From assembly GCA_910592345.1 (NCBI GenBank), contig CAJVPI010000208.1, positions 1-42,469 of the forward strand: DNA of 42,469 nucleotides, written 5' to 3'. Shown here piece by piece: positions 1 to 12,500 of this stretch (its first letter is position 1; each line of letters opens with the position of its first letter). Both the position numbers and the translations under genes were made by a program. A model generated the notes under the pieces. It made no database searches and was not told the origin of the DNA. It saw only the letters and a program-made list of their open reading frames with translations. The DNA comes from Paraglomus brasilianum. Its lineage: Eukaryota.

Positions 1-240
1 ATGATTTCATATGTGTAACATAATTTCGCCACTTCCTCGAACTACAGCTTTGAAACGACAACAGGACTGAGTATATCGTAATTTTTTCTGAAAAATACAA
101 TCAATTAGCTTCAAAACAGTACCAAAATCATTGTGGGTTACATAGTACATATGGACGATAGAGATTTTCGAAAATAAAAAGTTTTCATATGTTTTACTAG
201 TAAAATTTTGTCTCGTACTTATACTTTTGTCAGGGGGGTG
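1..240. mobile_element. Right half of a foldback Tc1/mariner-type MITE (same family as 29201-29667), cut by the window start
   Basis: Aligns by eye to 29429-29667 with 14 substitutions and 1 indel (~94%). Ends in ...CTTTTGTCAGGGGGGTG followed by TA (241-242). Confidence 0.92.
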
Positions 241-242
241 TA

Positions 243-552
243 CTTGAATGGCAATGGAAAGAAGGAATTGGATTGTTACAGACTGGAAGAAAGTTATATG
301 GTCGGATGAATCTACTTCCTCTCAGTTGCGGTGGCACTGAGAAAACACAATCTTCAGCCTTCAAATGTTCACGAACTTGAGAAAGCAGTAAAGAAAAGTG
401 GAATGTGCTTTTGCAAAAAATATATCGTGATTTGATATTATCTATGCCCAACCGGATTCAGGCTGTGATTACTGCAAGCGGAGAAAATACGTTTGCTTTA
501 AGTAAATAAAATTTTTTCAATATCTCAAATATAAAAGTTTGCAATACCCCTG
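243..552 (+). mobile_element. Internally deleted, frameshifted Tc1-family transposase remnant with probable right TIR
   Basis: Translated pieces RRNWIVTDWKKVIWSDES (first catalytic Asp motif WSDES), QPSNVHELEKAVK and YRDLILSMPNRIQAVITASG (typical Tc1 C-terminus). Ends ...AATACCCCTG followed by TA. Confidence 0.85.
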
Positions 553-940
553 TACCTCTACTAATGTTGAACCTACAAACGACAATTATTGGTCGGTTTT
601 ATAATACTCAGGATGCTAGATCGGTCTCCCCCAAGTTATTATTTAACTTCAAGTTCTATGTCTTTCTTTCGATGGGATAATTTTGAAAGCCTATAGTCGG
701 GGAAATTTTACTACACTAAACGCGTTTATATAATAACCCTGATGTCAAAGATTCTACGAAATCGACTCCGTTTACCGCTGAGCGGATTAAATTTAATATT
801 TCTAGGAAAACTACGACTGCTTACATATCTTTCTGTCGTTTCACTCAATTAATTTGCTGACAGAATATTTTGATAAAACGGATAAATAATATCTCATCAG
901 AGTGACAGAATATTCGGTTGATAACTCTGTCGCGCGCATA

Positions 941-1087
941 CTGTACAGTTCCGAAAGTAAGCATCCCCCGAAATTAAGCACCTCACTAAAATTTTCACCT
1001 CCGAAAACAAGCACCACCCCACAATCTTTCTAAATGTTTCTATACGCATGTGGCCCCCTATATAGTTAAAGGGTCGGAACTATACGG
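941..1087. mobile_element. Short pogo/Tc1-superfamily-type MITE
   Basis: TA-CTGTACAGTTCCGA ... TCGGAACTATACGG-TA (14-bp TIR, 2 mismatches). Three subterminal CCGAAAnnAAGCA repeats at 951, 968 and 1001. Confidence 0.65.
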
Positions 1088-1683
1088 TATATGTACTGCA
1101 GAATATATCTGCAGTTTTTGCGTATGGTCTATGCAAATGACAATACTTTGAATTATACATTTCGTAATAAATATGTTGCATAACAACTCGCTGCAGTTCT
1201 TAGTAGCTTTTGGCCTAATAATATGATCACAAAAATTGAATCAAAGCAGAGGATTACACAAATTTAAAGCCTCTGGGGTTACAACGACGCATATACGCGT
1301 AGACAAAAAAAAAGCTGCAAAACCAATAGAAGAAACTCCTATTCTTTAAATCACAAGTAGTTCTTTGCTTTCTAACAGCGTCAGAGTGATAGGCACCTAT
1401 TTATTACATTGATACCATTAGTCGTATGGAGAATACATATAAACAGTCAATACATGATAACATTTAGAATTTATTAAAGTGAAACCGTCCCGTTGCATAT
1501 AACTCGCTTGTTTTCGTCTGCCCTTCTGTGTTTCTGGCGTGTTACATCATGTCATTTTCATGCTCCCGAAAGTATTATAGTCGACACTTTTATACACTAG
1601 TCCAAACTAATCCATTCATGTTAGTTATAATGGCAGAAAATGCTGTACAGATCATAATAGTGTCGGCCTTCAGCTCACTTCTT

Positions 1684-1818
1684 GTCCTGGCATGCTCTCA
1701 ATCAGATTGGAATATGATTTACGAGGAATCAGGGCCCATTCCTCTTTTAGAGCAATCTCCAACTCCGTGGCGTTTTTTAGCCGCCTTTCCAACTGGATTG
1801 AGGTCAGGAGATTGAGAC
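1684..1818 (-). mobile_element. Tc1-family transposase C-terminal fragment (degenerate)
   Basis: Minus strand reads SQSPDLNP, then after a frameshift LERRLKNATELEIALKEEWALIPRKSYSNLIESMPG. This matches the SPDLNPIE...EEW..IP...LI.SMP pattern of DD34E transposases. Confidence 0.8.
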
Positions 1819-2299
1819 TCAATTTACCGTCTACGCATCCGTGAGTAGAAAAGCCTGTGTGTTAAAGGTCACTAACTACCATTTTATTTAACTAAAAAGT
1901 AGGAGGCGCCAGTTCCGCTCGAAATTAGCTAAATCCTTAGAGTCAGAGTCAATAATCGATTGCTCTCCCACGGTTGTGTAGACTCAACAATAACGCTTCA
2001 AAATTTACATACACAAACTGATATAAAATTGGTTTACTGCTGTTACACTGGATCTTGCATAAAGTAAAAAAAAAAAAAGCTCTTTTTTCCAGGGAGTGTA
2101 AACCTAGCTTTAGCATTTATACAGTGACTCTTTTTATGGTGGAGACAAAAAATCCTACACTATAACGAGATATTTACAAAAAAAGAAATCTTACCAAAAT
2201 TATCAGCAGTATTATTGTTCACGTGTTATTAATGTGAAAGAACCAAAAAGGGAAAAAGCAGGGGTAACGGTAAACATTATAAAGGTGACGTATCATATA

Positions 2300-2775
2300 C
2301 GTGGGGTGATTTAAAAGTCTTGCAATTGATCTAATCCAAAAACGGAAACTGCAGGGCGATGCGAATTCAAGCGGGAACTTATTTGCTGGTTGTCGAGAAA
2401 TTCTGGTTTTTTTTTTACACCTTACCAAAACGATTGAGCGAAGAGAACAGCGATTCCATATTTTTGTTTCTTGGAAAAACGGTCGCTGGGATCGCTAAGT
2501 TCAAGGGTGACGAAACAGACACTCAGGAAGCATGTGCAAAATGGGTTCCACACAAGCTCACAGCAGATCATAAAGAAAAACGTGTGGAACTTTCTAAAGC
2601 AACTGCTGGAAGTACTTGAGAAAGGCTACAATAATATTATTACTGGCGATGAAACGTGGATGTATTTATTTACCGTTTCGAGTAAAGAAGACAACAAAGA
2701 ATGTTTAAGGAATGTCATAATTACTTGGTTTGGTGAAATAAATTTAGACACGCAGGACTTTTAAATCACCCCACG
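2300..2775 (+). mobile_element. Non-autonomous mariner (DD34D-family) deletion derivative
   Basis: TIRs CGTGGGGTGATTTAAAAGTC(T/C)TGC at both ends, flanked by TA (2298-2299, 2776-2777). Frameshifted internal CAKWVPHKLT (WVPHEL motif) and IITGDETWMY. Confidence 0.93.
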
Positions 2776-2948
2776 TACACTATAGCAATCGATTAAAAAA
2801 ATTAATCAGTGACTATTTATGGAACCCCTTATACAGTAATAATTTAGTTTAAAGAGAAAATGATTTCGAGCAATTCAAGAGACACAAAAATTTGATGCTT
2901 TAAATTGTTTACTATTACGTGATATTAACATTTTATAGTTACAAAATC

Positions 2949-3093
2949 AATCATTTTGTTGTAAATATCTTACTACATTCATGAATCCTTCCAAAGCATT
3001 ATTTACTTTTACCAAGTATTTTGACTCTTCATTATTCTTCGGCTCTTGAGCTTCTTCACCACCTACAAACTTGACGATTTCCTCATCTGTCAT
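2949..3093 (-). mobile_element. pogo/Tigger-like transposase acidic C-terminal fragment
   Basis: Minus strand MTDEEIVKFVGGEEAQEPKNNESQ...KVNNALEGFMNVVRYLQQND, the same pattern as the fragment inside 30940-31510. Confidence 0.55.
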
Positions 3094-3904
3094 TTTTCAA
3101 CCAGAATATATTTCTATCCCTAGGCTGCGAGTGATCCATATCTTCCGTTTTTTTCTCCATAACAAAGAAGAAAAACTTCAATGACTATTCCTCCATATAC
3201 TACACAATATATATTGTAAACTCCATATATCTATTTGTACTATGTACACAATATAGAGACGCGTCTCGATCAATCGAGCCCACTCCTCCACTATCAATAA
3301 TTCTATATAAATACATTATATAGAGCTAATTTAATTAAAAAGTTTCTCCACAATAACCAAATCCACTGTATGTAGCTTGGGAATAAAGTTACACCATTCA
3401 TTCCTTATTCTTGACTGTAAATAAAATCTTGCACTATTCATTCTTGACTATAATGTTTAAACTTACTAACAGCCCATTCAGCACCTCTACCCTTTAATCC
3501 CTTGTCATATATCTCCGGACAAACTTGCGAATAGGTACAATAATGAGAACTTCAGGAATAAGTTAGCATAACTATAACTACAAAAATGTCTGGTTTCTCG
3601 TTTTACATAACCCTAATATCGCTCTATGAAGTTGACAGAACGAATCAATCGGTTATACAGGATATTATTATTATAAGCGAAAACCGATTAAGCTGAAACA
3701 TTATTATTGTAAGCGAAACCATACTGCCGGCCCGAATGTAATAAATTCTACCAATAGAATCGCTTTTAAAATCTGACGCCCAGTTTCTGAAAATATAACT
3801 TTTTGGGGAGTTGAAAGGTTTTGAAGTCATGCCATTTTATTGTGCTTTCCCGCACCATATGTATTCTATAATCTCTTCTGTACAAAAAGAATAACTAGAA
3901 GCAC

Positions 3905-4562
3905 TCAACTATTCGGTATTGACGTATAAATATGTGCGGCATTCGGACCCTACATATTTGGATAAATTATTAAGAGATTCTTCGATTGAAACAATGCTTG
4001 AAATAACAAACCTTCCGCCAATGGGAGAGGAACGGCTTAGCTATAGCAGCAAACAGCAAGCCAGTCGTTATGACAATATACATATAAACAATGGCTTCAT
4101 CTTTGTATGAATCACGCTCTATATCATCAAATCGAGGAATGACAGTATTAGAGAATATATCATACTCGTGCTTTTGCTTATTTGATCACTATGATAATAA
4201 GCCATTATCAATGCTCATTACATCTCGGTGGACTACAGGACAGAAGAAACAGTCAGCGACTTACCAAAGCATGTTGCAGTGAACTCTGTCCCACAACTGT
4301 TGTCATCGATAGGATTGCCTTCTATAGTCTTTAGTCCACAGAAATCTTTTCCTAATTGCTCTTCACAAAACGCTCTTGTGCAATTTGCACATTCGTTCTT
4401 TGCGTTCGTCTGACTTAAAGGTATTATTTGTGGCGGTTTACCAATGCAAGAACACTTGCAGAAAGAGATAATGTTCGCCCCTTTCGTACTTCGAACGATA
4501 GTAAGCAAGAACAAGAGCGAAATAGTAATCAAAGGCCATTGAGAGCGAAACTGTCCGAACAT
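3905..4562 (-). CDS. Small fungal Cys-rich type I membrane protein (149 aa), function unknown
   Basis: Exons 4562-4265, 4118-4012, 3949-3905 (GT-AG, 450 nt in frame). Hydrophobic signal peptide, CKCSC...CANCTRAFC...C...C...TCF|ERDSYKDE, a TM helix, and a tail ending YTSIPNS. Confidence 0.85.
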
Positions 4563-5869
4563 TTTGTGAAAACAAGATATGACGCCACAAATCAGCCACA
4601 AGTATGTGTTAAGTATCGGTATTACCTTCAGTAACTAATAAGACAAGAATCAGCGTACTAGGCGTTCTTTCTCATGTCAAAATTTGCGTTGTCTAATTAA
4701 ATTTTAGTATTTTGAAACGTAATATTAACATAGACAAGGATTTTCACTCTTACAAAAGCCAACATTGCCCTGTCCTACTTTCTCGGGAATGACACTGTTA
4801 AACAGTTCGCCTTTAGGTTCGGGCTTGGATCTTCTTATAACGTCTATGTACGTATCATTAATCTTAAACTAAACGCAAAGTTTATTCAATACTGTCCAGC
4901 AGCAGATGAAGAGAATTCATTGAATACTTAAATGCCACTATTTACTATTGCGTGTGTCCAACTTTATATAAGACATTCCTAATACATTGTAATACAGTCG
5001 ACTTCTGTCTATTCACAGTCTGTCTATAGTAATCGCTGTCTCCTGACAATACTGTTTTTTATAAACACTAACCTATGAGAAGAAAAGAGACAAATGAAAA
5101 GAAAAAAGAATTAATGACTGAAAGCAATTGTCTATGATTCCATCTCTCTATAATCGGCTGCTAAAAAGGTGTTTGTAGACAAGGGTTGACTGTAACCAAT
5201 TTGAATTATCGAAACGTTCGAAATCTTATCTAGAAACATACGTTGTTATCGGCCATCAAGTCCGTGCTAAAAGGAAGTAGGATTAAATAAACTTTTGAGT
5301 CAACATCAAAACCAACGATGCAATATTCACAAAACACTCAAATCATTATATCAAATCTGTGAAATTAAAACAGTACATTTCGGGTTCGGTAAACCCGATC
5401 GACTTGTTCACATATTAATATAGCAATGAACGGTGTTAAGTGAAGCTAACTCCACCAGTCAAATTCAAGATCACGTGACCAAAAGTTACATCTCTTTTAG
5501 GTGATTTGGAACGATCGATGGTTAATTATAATGAATGTCTTCAACTTAGTATTCCGAAACTAATAAAGCAAAACTAGCACGTATTTTAAACACTTTTTTT
5601 TTTGTTATTTATCATAAAAGAGTGATTTGCATGCCGCGTTTAGAATACTCTCTCGCTTACTTTTTTGAAATGTCCATGATTTTATTATAAAAACGTATTT
5701 GATTATCAGTCACTTTTTGCTTTTAAAAATACTTGGCTAATGTTACATTCGATCAAATAGTGAATAATATGAAAATTACTAAATAATGTCTCTCGATCAA
5801 AAAAAAACAAACAAAACATTCCATTCCATAGTATACAAAAATTATAAATTTACTCGGTTCTAGTTTGTA

Positions 5870-7774
5870 TTAAGATAGCGGAACTTTGTAAGGACATTGT
5901 AAGTCAGGTTTTCCTGCAGTTACTGTTGGTTTGTAGATCTTACTAATACCCCAAATAAATAGCTGGAAGTCAGCCCTGACGTTAAGAGTGGACGTTGTTG
6001 TTCCATTTTTAGTAGTGCAAGCGTTTATGAAATCATTAAGAGTCTCATCGTTGGAATTCTTTCCAAAGTATAGAATACTCATTGGAATGGGTAGATCAGT
6101 ATCAGTTCGTGGAGTGAGAGTATAGTCAGTGAGCTGCCCAGTAGCCACAGGATCACTATTGGATGCTGAACTAGAGTCGAACATCTGTTATGTACAAAGA
6201 AGAGCGCGAAAAGTGAACAGATAGAACAAACTTCAGAAGATAAAAAAAAACAACCAAACTCTTGCAATATCAATAAACATTGTCAGAAGAAAAAAAACAA
6301 CGGCCAACTTCTGTCGTCACGTCTTCGTCATTATGTTTACCTTCACATCAATTTTTTTGAATCTTATTGGTATCCAATTCGCTTGGTTTCTGAGTTGTAC
6401 TTGTAAATTAAAGTTCATTTGCACTTCTGAATTAGTTTCACTTATTGTTGCGGTAGTACTAAAGTCGTCGGGAGTGGCACCCGTTATTTGTACTTCTGGT
6501 TTACGCGGCCATACAAAGAATAAGGCGACAGCTAAGACAAGCAAGATGATGAAGGTAATAAGCACACACGCTTGTCTAGAGCAGCATCGTCTCTTCTTCG
6601 ACTTTTCAGCCTTCTTTTGTGTAGCAGCTATTGATTCTCGAGGTTTCTCATCAGAACCGGGGTTTGCTGCAGCACGATCCCCCGACTGTGCACTGGTTTC
6701 GTCAGTCGGATGTCCTAAGGTATTCATTCGTCCTGACCCTTCGTTGTGGAAGTTGTCTTGTGGTATGCGGGCGTTGTTGAAGTCGTTATACACATCGTAT
6801 TGACCATAAAGATCGACTGGGCGGTAATTGTTTCCATAATATCCACCTTCCACGGGTGAGTGGTTCTGTTCTTCGTTCATATTATATGGGTGACGGAATG
6901 TATCCTCTTCTTCGTAGCCTGCTTCATATGGTTGCTGTTCTGGTTCAGGGGTAGAAGCTTGACCGAAATTTTTGATGTTATTATTATAATGTTGCTGATA
7001 GTTCTCGTATGAATTGGTCTGTTCGTAGTGACCGGCATCTTCATATCCCCTACGATCGTAAGCGACATAAGGCTTTTCTTCTTCATCAGGTACCGCCTGA
7101 TCACGTGTCTGATTGTGTCTGTTAGTTTCAGAAGAAAAATCTTGTACATTTGGTGTTGCTATGGCACTCGGTTGCGAATATATCGAGGAGACCACTGAAT
7201 TTGTGTCATAGTCATCACCTCTAGTGTGATGAACAGCATCTGTTTCATGTGCGGGAAGACCGTCACGATACGATGCTGAACCTATAAATTATGCCGGAAT
7301 TATTATAAGCTTAAGAATAACAAGTAGATATTTTTGTATCCCACATATTTTATGTATCCATATTGATAGTGAGAAATTACGATTATGTTCTTTCAGACTT
7401 TAATTTGATTATTCACCTGTTCTTGTCTGCAAGACTGACTGATCAGAGGCCGAGCTTCGGGCCTCTGGTCTATATCCCTCGTTTAATTGCTGTATGCGTT
7501 GATTACGTGCATAATCTTGACTACCTCTGTATTCTGAATATGATCCTTTTGTATACAGATGACTGTGATTATTATCATCAGACGACATATCAGGTACGAA
7601 CTGTGGCTGATATGTGTCTCTTCTGTCCGTGTCGTTGGATGCGTGCGGAAGTGCTGACATGTATGAGCTTCCCATTAATTGCGATGGAGCGAAATCAGAG
7701 ATGTTGTCTACAGAGCGTGTAGGACGTCCTAGGCGATGGGACTGTTCTGGATATTCGTTTTGTTGATATGACAT
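5870..7774 (-). CDS. Type II membrane protein (~537 aa) with a low-complexity N-terminus and a LEA_2-like luminal domain
   Basis: Exons 7774-7417, 7281-6341, 6184-5870 (GT-AG, 1614 nt in frame). Y/N/Q/E-rich N-terminus, KKRRCCSR + TM helix + WPRKP, then a beta-rich domain (NWIPIRFKKIDVK) with two C-terminal Cys. Confidence 0.82.
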
Positions 7775-8350
7775 ATCTTTCGGGGTGTAGTGAAAGTGGA
7801 AGAAGTAGTGTGAAATCAATAGTATAAGGACGAGCGGGAATTAAAGGATGTAATCGCTACAGAGGGAATTATGCTGAGTGGTAAACCAGATATTGGAATT
7901 AGTGGGAATCGTGTACAGAAATGACATGGGTAACAGTACATATTAATATGTATATTACACAGATGATTTTCTGCCATATTAATATATACTGGATCCAAGT
8001 ACATAAATTCAAGATCCCTCCAAATTGAACACAAGACTGTATATTGTGCCTTACCAAAATTTTACACAATTGGGTTTCGATTTTCCGTAGCCGAAAATCT
8101 GATCATGTGACCCTGAAGGGTGCAGGATTTTTTATTAGCACTGACCTCGAAAACCTAAAATAAAAAGGCTATTTTACGATTAATAGCTTCGGATTATAAT
8201 ATTAGGGTGCCGAGTAATCTATGTGAGAATACAACCACTGATTGTAATTCCAACCTAACCGAGTTTATATGCAAACGTACTGATACGACTGTGATCCCAG
8301 TTAGTCTGGTTATACTTTATTTGACAATACTGTAATATTCAACAAGTGAA

Positions 8351-10104
8351 ATGGATCATTTAAATTGTCCAACTGTATTTGCAGAGCTTCTGCCTAACAT
8401 TCGTTCAATGAATCTCTCTATCGGTCTTCCATCTCAAACAACTACCTTCCAACTAGGCGTATATCCCCGTAAATTAACGTTCACTTCTCCCATGTTCTTC
8501 TCTTCTCTTGAATTGTCCCAAACAATTGAGACGGATGTAGAACCTGCCCTTACTTCCGCAACTTCTTCTCTTGAAGTAAAACTGAAACTACGGAATTATA
8601 TCCGGCGTAAGCCGTTTAGGCACGTAAGCGGTAGCGAAGTTGTCCCACCGCTTACTGCTTGCGATCTTGTCAATTTACGGAACGTGCTATGCGGAAGTTG
8701 CGGGCTGGTTATTGTTAGGGATGGAGCGCTTGAGAAAATAATGGATTTGCCTTCCGAGCATTGGGCCGAGCTTCTTGAGTGCTGGATGTGCCATCAGGAG
8801 GATTATAAACAGGCCCAAGTAGGGGAATTAAATGCAAAGGAGACCATTGGACTTGTTGGTGGGACTTACATACTAATGCATCCGAAAGACATCGAAGATG
8901 CTTTGGTAGTCGAGGGGTTCACTAATGTTAATGTAGGTGAGTTGTTATTACTCTTGGGAATATTTTTGCGTTTGTCTGCTTCAGCTTTTGATTCCTTGTG
9001 GAATTCTTGTCTTATTTTTCATCCCACACATAATTTTGGACTTGCAAGAAGGCTCTGATCATGAGCTGTTGATGCTTGGCTGATATTCAAGTCCTATACT
9101 AATATGTGCCAGTCATTCATCTGTACAATAGAAGCTTTTTGTATTGCTATTATCCTGGTGCACATCGTCATTTTATGCTTAGCAAGATTTGTTGATTTAT
9201 AAAACACGATTTTTTTGTTTGTCATGTACATAGTGGACAAATGGGATTCTATCCAACAAATGGATTTCTATGTGCTGTAGAAGATGCCTGTCTCCCATTG
9301 GTGAGGGGTTTTATTCAAAAGCAAATCTATCGAATCAGATGCAAGGCAAGTACATGTTAATCGCAATGAGATGATAATTTTGCTTTGTTAACCGTTTACT
9401 CTTTATTAATATTAAGAGGCTGACCTGCTAGCCGTTAAGTTAAACAAACACTTGATCACGGTTGTGCTTGAAGAAGCAGGCCGGTAAGGTTATTCGCAAT
9501 CCTGTACATTACCTATATTTAATTACAGAAGTTCTTTGTAATGCCATTTATAGACTGGATACAATCAAGTGTAATTTTACTGCATTTTTGGCAGCCGACT
9601 TTCTAGATGCTGCTAAATCACATGCCACATACAAGTTCATTATTGAGGGAACGATATCAAAGGGTCCATACATACTGGTAAGCAATAACCAAGCCTAGAG
9701 CATGCAATTGCTAAAGTTACATTAACAATACTGAATATTGTTAGGTATGGCTTTTTGGTTGGGACACGAAAATGATGACAAACGCGCTCGAGGGAATGAA
9801 ATCGTTACGGATGTTCTCACGTGATATTACTGATGATATTGGCAGTGTTATTCCACAGCACATGAAGATTACCCCAGTTATGAAGATGCTTTATATCGAT
9901 TGCACCAACCAAAACGATAGCACTCGTAGCCTTATGACCGCTTGGGACCATGATAAAACAGTCGAACATCTCGTGTACCATGATGATATTTGTTTACAGC
10001 TATTACTGTTATTACATACCAGTAATTATTGTCTTGCAGAGAGTAATCGCGTGATGAATGGATTTCGTGTTGGATTCATGGAGCACAACAAGGACCAAGA
10101 GTAG
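8351..10104 (+). CDS. UBE3D/Ipa1-like HECT-like E2-binding protein (~414 aa)
   Basis: Exons 8351-8932, 9234-9345, 9417-9483, 9554-9677, 9745-10104 (1245 nt in frame; intron 2 is GC-AG). Family signature CGSCG...DLPSEHWAELLECWMCH, a second CxxC (CRRC) and an HATYKF motif. Confidence 0.88.
9035..9167 (+). ncRNA. Intronic box H/ACA guide RNA, snR81/SCARNA4-like; predicted target U2 snRNA Psi41 (human) / Psi42 (yeast)
   Basis: Hairpin 1 lower stem GGACTTG 9038-9044 / CAAGTCC 9088-9094, pocket strands AAGAA (9046-9050) and GATA (9082-9085). H box ATACTA at 9096-9101, 14 nt from the pocket top. Hairpin 2 GTGCCAG / CTGGTGC with upper stem CAATA/TATTG. ACA at 9162-9164. The pocket pairs with U2 5'-UAUC-U-G-UUCUU-3'. 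Confidence 0.8.
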
Positions 10105-10859
10105 TAAAATATACGATAGTATCCTCGTCTCGGTAAAAGTATAACGGTTGTTGATCTATTGCTATGCTTTTCAATTCGCTTACTAAAATACTATAATATG
10201 TCAAGTTACTAAGTTATTAATTAGTACCGGCTTTTTCTTTGCGAACCCTAATTAAAATTTTCTAGTGACGACATCTAGAACACTGTCCAATACATTAAAA
10301 GTTTTAGTTTTGATATTAATAATTGAAGGATTCATGTTGTCAAAACAACACACTCTCAACGAGAAGGAAAGTGAACATAACACTACAATGAGTCAATCTT
10401 GATAACTTATTCAATGATCTTTCCATTTTGCTTCTTCATTTAGCCACCAAGTGGCGTGATCTACGTAAGAATTTTATTTATCCAATAATATTGAAACTCG
10501 CCTTAATATTGCCCAGGATAACCGTTTGCGTTACATCGGCCGATGGCGCTTGTGCATTCTTTCGGGTAACTCTATTAATAATAAACCCAGAACAGTACTT
10601 ATTATAAAATTTTTATTCGTTTGTAGCACAAGTTAAGCCATCTTTCGTCACAACTTCTTCACACCAAAGCAATTGTTTTCTCGTTGATTCTGGTTAGTAT
10701 GAAACTTTGACGTACTTCCTCAATCTGTCATTATAAGATCGTTGAGGGTGTAATACCGTAATTGCATGCTTCGAGATTCAGTTGCAAAGGATTCAACAAT
10801 CGGCTGACCTGTGCAAAAATAGACTTGGACAACATGAGCCACGAACGACAACGATAATA

Positions 10860-11430
10860 CATATAGGAATGGTCCAACTCAGGTTCGCAATGAGTTGGTC
10901 AATGCAGAAGGGAACAAGCACTATCTCTTCGCACGATTTAAAGTTAGATTCATGCATTCAAAGGATAGAGATAAAAGCATTCTTGACAAGGCTCATCCTT
11001 GCGAAGCGGTGGCGTCAGAAAAGGTCGACGACTTCATCAACACTGACTCTTATATAGTATCACAGCAATGACTAGTCAGGTAGGCATTTCCCGTGAAAGC
11101 TTTACGTAAATAGTATACCGATACTGCCAGAAGTATTATGGAAAAAAGTCATGTTTCACTTGATAATGCTGCACCACATAAGTCAGTAATTGTATTCAAA
11201 GTAACAGCTAACACTTCTTCCCACTCTTCAATACTTGCTCCTTGTGATTTCTTTCTTATTCCTTCGAATCAAAAAGAACTGAAGGAAAAAAGCTTTAATA
11301 GTGTTGAAAGTTTGGCAAGGGCTGTTCAGGCAGTCGTTGACACCATCCCAAAAGCTGTTTATGAGAAGTCCTTCCAGAGTTGACAGAATTGTCTGCAACA
11401 TTGCACAGATGTTAATGGATAGTTTTTGAA
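10860..11430 (+). pseudogene. Degenerate mariner transposase
   Basis: N-terminal HTH-like GPTQVRNELVNAEG...LSLRTI..IHAFK and C-terminal LDNAAPHKS...ILAPCDFFL...KKELKEKSFNS (HDNAxPH / SPDLAPxDF pattern). Contains stops, frameshifts and deletions; ends approximate. Confidence 0.82.
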
Positions 11431-12500
11431 TAATTGTATTTAGAATCATCAAAATAAAGGATTAACGACTAAACCTACGATTTCGCGACTTGGTACCTAT
11501 TAATACGGTGTTAGTATTGATGATGTATAATTGGTGCAGACTTCTTAAATTAGTTCGGAGAGATCTAAACTAGATAAAAAAAATGGACTAAATCACGGGG
11601 ATTAAAAATCGGCCGAGACATGAAGCACGAGCCGTAATGTTAACCTATAAAGTTTGTTTTATTCTGGAACTCTCACCAGTAAGATTGTCAAAAGCTACGT
11701 TATGTTATAGATCGTTAACAATATTTTTGGTTGTCCGTCAAATATGTAAACCATCCATACCCTCATCCTGGGAATTAAGAATCGCGAACATTGGAAAAAG
11801 CATTCTTTAATGTTAAATCATGTGATGAAACCAGCAGGTAAAAATATCAAGCAGAAATATTTAACGCGCCCGGGTAGAAGAATGCGCAGCATAATCAACT
11901 ATAGCGTTTCCGTCTCCATAATGAGTATTCTTTTCATTATGCCTCAAAATAGATCTAGTTTTTTGCGTGTACTGGGAATTAGAATGCAAGTCGCCGTTAT
12001 CGAGATGATCAATACATCAGTAAAGACCACATGACATTTACTGTCTTCGATTAAAATGGATATGATCATCCGATGCGAGCCGAACAGCCAATAAACTTTG
12101 TTGAATTAGCAGACAAATTTGTGAAGGGGGGCAAGTGATGGGAGTCAAGTACAGCCTTCCCTTATTTCCTTCCCCGTATATTAGCGTATAGTAATAATAC
12201 TACTGTACTAACAATAGCGTTAACAATAATGTTCATAATAATTATCGCTATCGCTTGATTGCATATCCACATTCTATAATTGTGACTCCATCAGATTTGA
12301 TTGCACTAGTATTACACATATTACACACATTATTATTCTAAAACTATTGAATTGGCTGATTCCAGTCTCGTCACACCAGCCGGATATTTGTACATATATA
12401 TAGACACCGCATACCTCGGTCTAGTCTTTCATTCTTTCTTTCTTTCCCTCCTCCAAAAAACCAAACAACAATATTTTACTAAATATAAACTTCAAAAATA

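Noticed and set aside
6333..6803. 156-aa plus-strand ORF (likewise 7363-7722, 18121-18369, 12968-13267)
   Set aside because: Antisense shadows of well-supported coding exons.
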